Source: Kiritimatiellia bacterium
GTDB lineage: Bacteria > Verrucomicrobiota > Kiritimatiellia > SLAD01
Assembly: GCA_007136425.1 (NCBI GenBank)
Contig: SLGY01000001.1
Location: 1-52,805 of the forward strand
DNA length: 52,805 nt
Direction of reading: 5' to 3'
Both the position numbers and the translations under genes were made by a program. The notes beneath the pieces were generated by a model. That model was not told the DNA's origin and did no database searches. It worked only from the letters and a program-made list of their open reading frames with translations. Within the stretch, counting starts at the first letter, position 1; each line of letters starts with the position of its first letter. Shown here piece after piece: positions 1-7,452 of this stretch.

Positions 1-1652
1 ACCAGCAACACAAGGAGCCCGTACCCGAAAACGCGCCAGCGCCGCGAGGACATGAGCAATCCCCCGAAAATGAACCCGTACCACAGCGCGATCCAGCCCG
101 CGCCCGGCGAACGCACATGCCAGTGCCCGCCCGGCAAACGCGCAAGGCCGTCCACCAATCCGATCAGGCCGGACAGAATAACCCGGTTCGCATGATTGAA
201 CACCTCCGCGCCGAAATCCGACAACACGCCGAAGATCAGGGTAAGAATTCCGGTCAGCACAATCACAAAAGCCGCAGGGATCACGAACAGGTTCCCGATC
301 AAAGCCACCGGCGAAAACAGATTGAAGTACTGCGCCGTCAACGGCGCGGACGACAACCATGCCGCTGCCGAGGCCGCAGCCAACCCGGTCACCCAGATCA
401 ATCCTCTCGCACTGAACGACCGTTGCCGATCCGAAGAAGTCACGCGATAGGCGTCGGGCGCCCACCATTCGCGGGCCGGGCCGGCGAACAGGGGATATAG
501 ACGAATCATTCCGGCCACGATCACGAACGAGAAGATAAATCCCGGCGAGGTCAATTGCGTCGGCGCCACCGCAAGAATCAGCAGCGCCGCCAAGGCCCAC
601 GCCGAAGCCGTGTCCGGCTTTCGATTGAACAGGAAGGCGGAACTGAACGCCAACGCCATCGTGCAGGCGCGCAAGGCGCTCGGGCGCATGCCCGTGGCCA
701 CCGTATAGAGAATCAGCAGCGGGCCCACATACAAAACCCAACGCGTCCGCGACGCGCCGCAGGCGCGCACCCCCACCAGCAACAACGTCCCGACAATCCC
801 CACATGCAATCCGGAAATGGCAAAGATATGTAACGTCCCCGTCAACGCGAACAGACGATGATGATCGGTCGGCAATTCATGCCGATAACCCAATAACAGG
901 GCGCGTAGAATGCCCGCCACCTCCGGATACATTTCCAGACCCCGACCCAGCCGTTCCGCCGCCATGCGGCGTCCCGCGAAACTGAAATGTTTGACCGGGT
1001 TCCCGTGCCCGCTCGAAAGGCGCGCGCCGTCCGCCTCATCCGCCTGCATGCGATACGGAGGAAGAAAAGCCCAACGCCAATCACGACGGTCACGATGCCG
1101 AACCACCCCGGTGAACGACCAACGTTCCCCGTACGCGGGGACGACGGATTCGGAGGCGGCCCGCCAATGGACATCCACCGTGCCCGACGCCTGCTGAAAT
1201 CGACCCAGCCGGTCCACGGCTTCCACGCGCAAGGTCATGCGCCAGATCACGTCGTTCGAGGCCCGACCCGGTTCTTGAATCGGATCGTCCACGATGATCC
1301 CGCGCACGGTCATATGTTCGCGGGACCGGTCCATCAACGCACCCAACGCCCGTGCCGAAGGATTGCGCGCATCCATCGCCGCATGCGCCCACGCCGCGAG
1401 GAAGATGGTTGCCCAAAGAAATGGAACGGAGGCCGTGCGTCGTACCAACGCCGCGCCCACAGCCGCCGTGACGAAAGCCGTTCCCAGTGGCCACGCGGGA
1501 GAAACCGTGAAGGACAAACCCGTCAGGACACCTGCGACCAGACAGGCCAAGGCGCCGATAAGCGGTCGGCGTATACGGGTTCGACGGGCCCGCGCCCCGT
1601 ACGACAGCGGGGGATGAAGTTCGTTGTCCGGCTTATTCCGCCACGGCCACAC
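1..1652 (-). CDS. comEC: ComEC/Rec2 family competence protein (3' end runs off the window; start uncertain, GTG at 1652 or CTG at 1607)
   Basis: Not in the ORF track. Manual translation of the minus strand gives ...ALLLGYRHEL...FALTGTLHIFAISGLHVGIV...GMRPSALRA...SPGFIFSF...FSPVALIGNL, including the ComEC 'HxxAISGxH' motif and many transmembrane segments. Confidence 0.9.
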   Translation of the reverse strand, partial: MWPWRNKPDNELHPPLSYGARARRTRIRRPLIGALACLVAGVLTGLSFTVSPAWPLGTAFVTAAVGAALVRRTASVPFLWATIFLAAWAHAAMDARNPSARALGALMDRSREHMTVRGIIVDDPIQEPGRASNDVIWRMTLRVEAVDRLGRFQQASGTVDVHWRAASESVVPAYGERWSFTGVVRHRDRRDWRWAFLPPYRMQADEADGARLSSGHGNPVKHFSFAGRRMAAERLGRGLEMYPEVAGILRALLLGYRHELPTDHHRLFALTGTLHIFAISGLHVGIVGTLLLVGVRACGASRTRWVLYVGPLLILYTVATGMRPSALRACTMALAFSSAFLFNRKPDTASAWALAALLILAVAPTQLTSPGFIFSFVIVAGMIRLYPLFAGPAREWWAPDAYRVTSSDRQRSFSARGLIWVTGLAAASAAAWLSSAPLTAQYFNLFSPVALIGNLFVIPAAFVIVLTGILTLIFGVLSDFGAEVFNHANRVILSGLIGLVDGLARLPGGHWHVRSPGAGWIALWYGFIFGGLLMSSRRWRVFGYGLLVLL

Positions 1653-2460
1653 CGGAATCCCAATCGAAATTCAACGGTTGATGGCGTCCGACTTCCCGCG
1701 CCTCTTCGAGCGCCCGGTACACATAATTCTTCGCGAGTTGTACGGCGTCGCTCATCAACTCGCGTTTCGCCAGATAAGCCGTCAGGGCGGCGGAAAAAGC
1801 GCAACCGGCGCCATGCGTTTGCGCCGCGCGAATGCGCGGAGCCGAAAACACGTACTCCTCGCCTTCATCGTAGAGCACGTCAATCACGTCATCGCCGCCC
1901 AGATGCCCGCCTTTGGCGACACAGGCCACATCGAAATGGTCGCCGATTTCCCGGGCCGCTTCGCGTAATTCGTCGATGGAAGAAATTGAATGCCCGCACA
2001 GGATCTCCGCCTCATGCAGGTTCGGCGTCACCACGCGCGCCTGGGGCAGCAGCTCGGATTTCACCGCTTCAATGGCGTCCGCCTGCAAAAGTCGCGCGCC
2101 GGAAGCCGCCACCATCACCGGGTCCACGACCAGAATGGGAATGCCTTCCCGGATATCCTCCGCCGCCACCACGCGCACAATCTCCGTGGAATAGAGCATG
2201 CCGGTCTTGGCCACACTCACGGGGAACGAGTCACAGACCGCCTTGATCTGGCTCAATACCATGTCCGGATCCACCGCCTGAATCCCGGACACCGCGTCCG
2301 GACTCTGGGCCGTCACGCACGTGATCGCCGAGGCGCCGAACACGTCCAACGCCGAAAACGTCTTCAGATCGGCTTGTATACCGGCGCCGCCCCCGCTATC
2401 GGACCCGGCAATGGTCAACACCACGGGACACTCGTTCTTTCCACTGGATACCGCATTCAT
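1633..2460 (-). CDS. thiD: Hydroxymethylpyrimidine/phosphomethylpyrimidine kinase
   Basis: [41 protein letters not shown] and [11 protein letters not shown] motifs. Confidence 0.95.
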   Translation of the reverse strand: MNAVSSGKNECPVVLTIAGSDSGGGAGIQADLKTFSALDVFGASAITCVTAQSPDAVSGIQAVDPDMVLSQIKAVCDSFPVSVAKTGMLYSTEIVRVVAAEDIREGIPILVVDPVMVAASGARLLQADAIEAVKSELLPQARVVTPNLHEAEILCGHSISSIDELREAAREIGDHFDVACVAKGGHLGGDDVIDVLYDEGEEYVFSAPRIRAAQTHGAGCAFSAALTAYLAKRELMSDAVQLAKNYVYRALEEAREVGRHQPLNFDWDSGVAVAE

Positions 2461-2521
2461 AGGACGCGATATTCAAACACCGACTTGATACTGTCAAGCT
2501 CAGGCATCGTGCGAAAGTCCG

Positions 2522-2667
2522 AATCCTTAGCGAATAATCGCCGGGGACCCGCCTGCGCAAAGCCGGCGCGGCAGGCAGAGCCCCGGCCTACAACCACAGA
2601 GTAGGCCGGACCTCTGCGTCCGGCGGATTCACCCAATGGGGTCCGTTTGCCGGGGTCGCTAAGGATT
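2522..2667. repeat. REPIN-like element: two inverted GTAG-type REP palindromes inside a 12-bp terminal inverted repeat
   Basis: AATCCTTAGCGA (2522-2533) pairs with TCGCTAAGGATT (2656-2667). GTAG-GCCGGAC-ctctgc-GTCCGGC at 2601-2624. Opposite-strand GTAG-GCCGGGG...CCCCGGC at 2540-2591. Confidence 0.6.
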
Positions 2668-2712
2668 GTGGTGAGAACGATGGAATCCGACAGGAATCGA
2701 GCCAAAACAGAA

Positions 2713-2741
2713 TTGACAAATTTCAAGACGGCTCCTACGCT
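2713..2741 (+). promoter_or_regulatory. Putative sigma70 promoter
   Basis: TTGACA-17 nt-TACGCT upstream of the ATG at 2783, which is preceded by a GAGGA RBS. Confidence 0.55.
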
Positions 2742-2782
2742 GGCTGTTAGTCACTAAGCATTTTCTTGAGGAAGATTCAATT

Positions 2783-3613
2783 ATGGCAAAGCTACTGAAA
2801 CCGATGGTCATCGTTTTGCTGGTCCTCAGCATCGCCTCACTCGTGCTCGGCATCATGTTGTTCAACGAGCGCGAAATCATGAAAGGCCGCACGCAACGCC
2901 TTGAAAACGCCGTCGCCGAGTTCGCTCAAAGTCTGCATTACGAGGATTTGGATCGCCAGGCGCTCATGGATTATGACCGGATGGAAACCGTCTTGAACCG
3001 CGTCAACGTTCATGCCGCTCTCACGTGGCAGGAACTGCAGGACACGATTCAAGATTTGGCCAACACCCGCCTTGATCTGGAACAAACCCGCGAAGAATTG
3101 CGCGTCACACAAGACCAACTGGACGCCGCCGAGCAACGGATCGCCCGGCTCGAAGACGACCTCGAAGAACGCACCGCGGAACTCGCGCGCGCCAACCAGG
3201 AAATCACACAACTCGAGAGAGACAAATCAAGACTCGAAGGGCGCGTAGACGAGATGGAAATGCAAATCGCGCAGATGGAAGAAGAGCAGCTGGAAATGGA
3301 AGAGACCATCGCCGACCAGCGCGCGGACATCGAAGAATTGGAGGCGCAACTATTCCCCGACGACGATGTCATCGGAACCCCGCCCGGACTGACCGGCCGG
3401 ATTCTGGTGGTGAACCCGGATTGGAACTTTGTCGTACTCAATGTCGGCAGGGAAGACGGACTGAGCCTCAACACCGAAATGCTGGTCCACCGCGAGGATG
3501 CCTTGGTCGGACGCGTCCGCGTCAGCAGCGTGGAAGATCGCTTATCCGTCGCCGAAATCATCAGCGACTGGGAACAGCTCCCCTTGGAGGAAGGCGACCA
3601 TGTCCTCTTCTAA
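2783..3613 (+). CDS. Membrane-anchored coiled-coil protein with a small C-terminal beta domain
   Basis: N-terminal TM helix, long acidic heptad region, C-terminal GRILVVNPDWNFVVLNVGREDGL...GRVRV...EGDHV; RBS present. Confidence 0.85.
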   Translation: MAKLLKPMVIVLLVLSIASLVLGIMLFNEREIMKGRTQRLENAVAEFAQSLHYEDLDRQALMDYDRMETVLNRVNVHAALTWQELQDTIQDLANTRLDLEQTREELRVTQDQLDAAEQRIARLEDDLEERTAELARANQEITQLERDKSRLEGRVDEMEMQIAQMEEEQLEMEETIADQRADIEELEAQLFPDDDVIGTPPGLTGRILVVNPDWNFVVLNVGREDGLSLNTEMLVHREDALVGRVRVSSVEDRLSVAEIISDWEQLPLEEGDHVLF

Positions 3614-3737
3614 ATCCGCCGGCATCATGGGGCTCCTGGCCCTCATCGCGGTACTGCTTTTCATCGCGTTGATTGGACTGCAGATAGCGGAGATGCTATA
3701 TTATCGGGCGGATCCGTCCGTGTGGCCGATCCAGTAG
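3600..3737 (+). CDS. Small single-TM membrane protein (45 aa)
   Basis: MSSSKSAGIMGLLALIAVLLFIALIGLQIAEMLYY...; overlaps the end of the upstream gene; GGAGG shortly upstream. Confidence 0.65.
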   Translation: MSSSKSAGIMGLLALIAVLLFIALIGLQIAEMLYYRADPSVWPIQ

Positions 3738-3762
3738 CAAGCCCGCATAGAGGGACTGAGCA

Positions 3763-3930
3763 ATGAAATCATTCCAGTCAATTATTTCACGTATCGGCGT
3801 TGTTGCGGCGACGGCCTTGTTCGTCGTTGGATGCGCCACGCCCGATGATCGACGCGAATCCGACCTTCCGTGGAACCAGCCCCAGCCTTGGGAAGGCAGC
3901 CCGTACATCCCAGGTATGGACCGGTATTGA
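3763..3930 (+). CDS. Small lipoprotein (55 aa)
   Basis: Not in the ORF track: MKSFQSIISRIGVVAATALFVVG-C-ATPDDRRESDLPWNQPQPWEGSPYIPGMDRY*; lipobox VVGC; GAGGG RBS. Confidence 0.75.
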   Translation: MKSFQSIISRIGVVAATALFVVGCATPDDRRESDLPWNQPQPWEGSPYIPGMDRY

Positions 3931-3933
3931 AGA

Positions 3934-3961
3934 ATGGTTGATGGTTAATGGTTGATGGCAG
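3934..3961 (+). repeat. Short heptamer tandem repeat (ATGGTTR), 3-4 units
   Basis: ATGGTTG ATGGTTA ATGGTTG ATGGCAG between convergent stop codons. Confidence 0.7.
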
Positions 3962-3973
3962 ACGAGGGGCAGG

Positions 3974-4996
3974 TCAGGGCACCTTAACCAGATCCTGCTC
4001 GATCAGTTTCTCCGCGATCTGGATCGCGTTTTGCGCCGCACCTTTCCAGAGATTATCCCCCGCCACAAACAGGGCCAATCCGTTATCCACGCTCGTGTCC
4101 AGGCGTATGCGCCCGACAAACACATCTTCCTTGCCGGACGCCGTAATCGGCATCGGAAACTCCGCACGGCTCAGATCATCCATCACGCGCACACCGGGCG
4201 CTTGCGACAACACCTCGCGCGCATCCTCGACCGAAAGCGGTTTTTTCAGCTCCAGATGAATCGCTTCGCTATGACTATTGAAGACCGGCACGCGCACACA
4301 GGTCGTCGACACCCGGATCGAGTCATCGCCGAGAATCTTATGCGTTTCCCGCTTCATCTTCAGCTCTTCGCTCGTCACGCCGGGCTCCACCTTGTCGCCG
4401 CCGATCTGCGGCAACACGTTGAAAGCGATGGGATGAGGATACACCTCCGTCTGCGGATCCTGGCCCGCCGCCCAGGCGCGCGTCTGATCCTCCAATTCCG
4501 TCACGGCGGCCGCGCCCGTGCCCGACACGGCCTGATAGGTGCACGCCACAAATCGTTCGACGCCCGCCGCGCGATGCAACGGCGCAATGGCCATCAACGC
4601 GATAATGGTGCTGCAATTCGGATTGGCCAGAAATCCCTGATGCCCCTGTACCGCTTCCGGATTCACTTCCGGCACCACAAGCGGCACCCGATCATCCATG
4701 CGAAAATCGTCGCCGTTATCGATCACGATACAACCGCGCCGTACCGCCTCCCAGCCGAGGGTCTGCGACGCGCCCTTCGCCCCTTCCGTACCGGCAAAAA
4801 ACGCAAAATCCATTCCGTCCAGCGCTTCCGGCGACGCCGGCAACACATGATACGTATCGCCGTCGATCACCTCTTCGCGCTCGCGTCGCGCGAGGATGGT
4901 CACGGATTCCGCCGGGAAGTTGCGGCGCTTCAACAGCCGGATCATCTCCGTGCCTACCGCGCCGATACCCACTACCGCTACTTTGAATTTTTCCAT
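3974..4996 (-). CDS. asd: Aspartate-semialdehyde dehydrogenase (alternative starts 5005/5017)
   Basis: VAVVGIGAVG, VPLVVPEVN, catalytic ANPNCST, TCVRVPVFNSHSE, DNLWKGAAQNA. Confidence 0.95.
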   Translation of the reverse strand: MEKFKVAVVGIGAVGTEMIRLLKRRNFPAESVTILARREREEVIDGDTYHVLPASPEALDGMDFAFFAGTEGAKGASQTLGWEAVRRGCIVIDNGDDFRMDDRVPLVVPEVNPEAVQGHQGFLANPNCSTIIALMAIAPLHRAAGVERFVACTYQAVSGTGAAAVTELEDQTRAWAAGQDPQTEVYPHPIAFNVLPQIGGDKVEPGVTSEELKMKRETHKILGDDSIRVSTTCVRVPVFNSHSEAIHLELKKPLSVEDAREVLSQAPGVRVMDDLSRAEFPMPITASGKEDVFVGRIRLDTSVDNGLALFVAGDNLWKGAAQNAIQIAEKLIEQDLVKVP

Positions 4997-5036
4997 CGTT
5001 CCCATCCTGTCCGTCATCGAATTCTCGCCTCACGTT

Positions 5037-5145
5037 TTCCAATGATTGGAAAACGGCAGCCTCTTTTTTCCAATCGTTGGAAGCCCGCAACCGTGGGTTT
5101 TCCAATCGTTGGAAATCATGGACGCCCGGCTTCCCATGCTTGGAA
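5037..5145. repeat. Array of four 15-bp palindromes TTCCAA-N3-TTGGAA with 16-17-bp unique spacers
   Basis: Copies start at 5037, 5068, 5100 and 5131 (the last is TTCCCATGCTTGGAA). Confidence 0.9.
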
Positions 5146-5146
5146 A

Positions 5147-5222
5147 TGGCGTCCCCAAGGGGACTCGAACCCCTGTTTTCGGGATGAAAACCCGATGTCC
5201 TAGGCCTCTAGACGATGGGGAC
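5147..5222 (-). tRNA. tRNA-Glu (TTC)
   Basis: GTCCCCATCGTCTAGAGGCCTAGGACATCGGGTT-TTC-ATCCCGAAAACAGGGGTTCGAGTCCCCTTGGGGACGCCA; cloverleaf with encoded CCA. Confidence 0.97.
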
Positions 5223-5315
5223 GCATGCGCCCTGCTGCAAAGGGCTGTGTACCATAGCATATTCCGCCCGCCCCGCAACCGGAAAACGCGGAAAAACGCG
5301 CGTCACAGGCCCCCC

Positions 5316-5359
5316 GATCTGTCAAATAATTTGACGATCGTCAAATTGAATGACAGATG
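5316..5359. repeat. 44-bp nested palindrome, copy 1 of 3
   Basis: GATCTGTCA-aat-AATTTGACGATCGTCAAATT-gaa-TGACAGATG; other copies at 26555 and 26963. Confidence 0.85.
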
Positions 5360-6406
5360 TCAAAGGATGAGCATGCAGTCGCCGTAACTGTAAAAGCGGT
5401 ATTTTTCGCGCACGGCCTGCGCGTAGGCCTCCAGGATCAGGTCCCGGCCGCCGAACGCGCAGATCATCATGAGCAGCGTGGACTTGGGCAGATGGAAATT
5501 GGTCATGAGCATGTCCACGGCACGAAACTCGAACGGCGGATAGATAAAAAGCGCCGACCGGCCGGCACACGCTTCGATCGCGCCACGCTCGCGGATGACC
5601 GTTTCCAACGTGCGGACTGTGGTGCTTCCGACGGCGATCACGCGCCCGCCGGCGGCTCGCGCTTCACGGTGAAGTCGGGCCGCCTCTTCAGGGACCCGGT
5701 AGCGTTCGCTTTCCATCTCATGCCCCTCCACCTCGTCGGCGACTACGGGGCGGAAGGTCCCGAGCCCGACGTGCAGCGTCACGGCGGTCCGGCGCACGCC
5801 GGAGGTGTCCAGATCCCGCAGTAGCTCCGTGGAGAAGTGCAATCCCGCCGTGGGCGCGGCCACCGCGCCGGGCTCACTGGCGTAGACGGTTTGATACCGT
5901 GCTCGGTCTTCGGCGGTTTGCTCCGAGACGGGTGTCTTGCGGTCAATATAAGGCGGCAAGGGCGGCAACCCGATCGCTTCCAATTGCTCCAGGAAAGGGC
6001 CGTCCGATTCAAACCGCACGTGCGCACGGCCCCGTTCGCCGTCCTTCAGCAATACGGCCTGCAGCCGTCCGCCTCCGAAGAAGAGCCTCGCACCCGGACG
6101 CGGACGACGCGAACAACGAAGCAGCACGTCCCAGATCCCGGGCTCAAGCTCTTCAAGCAGCAGCAATTCAACCTGTCCGCCGGTGCCCTCCTTGACCCCC
6201 AACAGGCGCGCCGGTATGACGCGGGTATCGTTCACGACCAGCACGTCGGGCTTCGCGAAGTAGCTCGGCAAATCGGAGACCCGTCGATGTTCGATCCGGC
6301 CATCCCGGCGATGCACCACCATCAAGCGCGCGTGTTCACGCTTCGCCGCGGGTTCCTGGGCGATGAGCGTTTGGGGCAATTCAAAGTTGAATAATTCGGT
6401 CTGCAT
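5360..6406 (-). CDS. queA: S-adenosylmethionine:tRNA ribosyltransferase-isomerase
   Basis: FNFELPQTLIAQEP, VVNDTRVIPARL, PLPPYI, YQTVYA, AVAAPTAGLHF, TNFHLPKSTLL, YRFYSYGDCMLI. Confidence 0.97.
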   Translation of the reverse strand: MQTELFNFELPQTLIAQEPAAKREHARLMVVHRRDGRIEHRRVSDLPSYFAKPDVLVVNDTRVIPARLLGVKEGTGGQVELLLLEELEPGIWDVLLRCSRRPRPGARLFFGGGRLQAVLLKDGERGRAHVRFESDGPFLEQLEAIGLPPLPPYIDRKTPVSEQTAEDRARYQTVYASEPGAVAAPTAGLHFSTELLRDLDTSGVRRTAVTLHVGLGTFRPVVADEVEGHEMESERYRVPEEAARLHREARAAGGRVIAVGSTTVRTLETVIRERGAIEACAGRSALFIYPPFEFRAVDMLMTNFHLPKSTLLMMICAFGGRDLILEAYAQAVREKYRFYSYGDCMLIL

Positions 6407-6661
6407 ACCGCGATTCCGCCAACGTGATCGGCATGAATCTATTCCTTTGTCCGGCGGGGCGCAAGAATCTCGTTCCATCAGAATTAGGCCGATCTTTGGA
6501 TGCGCCGAAGCCGTCTCACATAAATTGGCGAGTTGCTCAACACCGTGTTGACTTATGGGGCGGTGATCGTGTATATTCTGTACGTGCAGTTAACGATGGT
6601 AACGACCAGTCAACGCATCAGTCCGGTTCTGACGCGCCTGGCGAAAAACGGAGAAAAGCGC

Positions 6662-7321
6662 ATGAATATGAAGGGACACAAAAGCAAACTGAAAGGCTTT
6701 ACGCTGGTGGAGCTGCTGGTTGTTATCGCCATTATCGCGGTACTTGCCGCGCTGCTATTCCCGGCGATTCAAGGCGTGTTGATGCGAGGTCGCGCCACGG
6801 GCTTGGCGAGCGATGGACGCCAGATTTATACCGCCATCTTCAGTCACATGACCGATCCGGCCCGAATGGCCGGGGGCGCTCTTGAGTTCGGCTATCCGAG
6901 GGAGGGCACGGAAGAGGATGATTTCGAATTCTCGACCTCCACGGATTTCTTCCGATTCCTGGTGGAGCAGAACGTCATGTCGGTGACTTTCGATTTCTTT
7001 GGCGCACCCGGATTGCGGCGACCGGATAATCCGGATGACCCGGCCTCCTTTGAGGAACAACATAATGCGTGGAAGGTGGTGGCGAACCTGCGCGAGCGCA
7101 GCCGTGACAGTCTGCCTTTCGTCTATACGCGGAATATGACCATGACCTACGACGGCTCCGAGCCGGAGCTTGATCCGGATCAGCATCCTTTCCGCGACTT
7201 CCTGGCCGTTTCGGTATCCAAAGGCGGCAGCTCACGCATTTACACGGCGGAAATGCTGGAAGACGGCGAGTTCTTCAATGAGCAAGGGCAAAACGACAAT
7301 CTCGTCACGCTGGATCCGTAA
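6662..7321 (+). CDS. Prepilin-type N-terminal cleavage/methylation domain protein
   Basis: KG|FTLVELLVVIAIIAVLAALLFPA class III signal peptide; GGAG RBS before 6662; TTGACT-18-TATATT at 6548-6577. Confidence 0.9.
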   Translation: MNMKGHKSKLKGFTLVELLVVIAIIAVLAALLFPAIQGVLMRGRATGLASDGRQIYTAIFSHMTDPARMAGGALEFGYPREGTEEDDFEFSTSTDFFRFLVEQNVMSVTFDFFGAPGLRRPDNPDDPASFEEQHNAWKVVANLRERSRDSLPFVYTRNMTMTYDGSEPELDPDQHPFRDFLAVSVSKGGSSRIYTAEMLEDGEFFNEQGQNDNLVTLDP

Positions 7322-7345
7322 CTCGACCGAAAAGAAAAGCACTAG

Positions 7346-7385
7346 AACCCCTTTCCCGTGATCAGCGGGAAAGGGGTTTTTATTT
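7346..7385 (+). terminator. Rho-independent terminator
   Basis: AACCCCTTTCCCG-tgatcag-CGGGAAAGGGGTT followed by TTTATTT. Confidence 0.85.
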
Positions 7386-7452
7386 GCGGCCCCGCCAACG
7401 CTGCGCGTATAGTGGCGCGAAATCCGTCGGGCTCGGATTGGGAGGAACTGTT

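Noticed and set aside
987-2246. Long plus-strand ORFs (419 aa here; also 4031-5203, 25322-26491, 36111-37778 and others)
   Set aside because: Arg/Pro-rich antisense shadows of well-supported genes on the opposite strand, typical of high-GC DNA
2461-2700. TPP riboswitch upstream of thiD
   Set aside because: No CTGAGA...CCTGA...AGGGA-type core on the minus strand; the structure is explained by REP-like palindromes
5037-5145. CRISPR array
   Set aside because: Repeats (15 bp) and spacers (16-17 bp) are below CRISPR sizes, there is no leader and no cas gene in the window; kept as a non-CRISPR repeat array
5030-5387. ORFs spanning the palindrome array and tRNA-Glu
   Set aside because: They overlap a tRNA, and their FPxxG/FQSLE-type peptides are simply translations of the DNA repeat
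7386-7452. glmS ribozyme
   Set aside because: Fewer than 70 nt lie between the upstream terminator and the start codon, too short for the ribozyme and lacking its core
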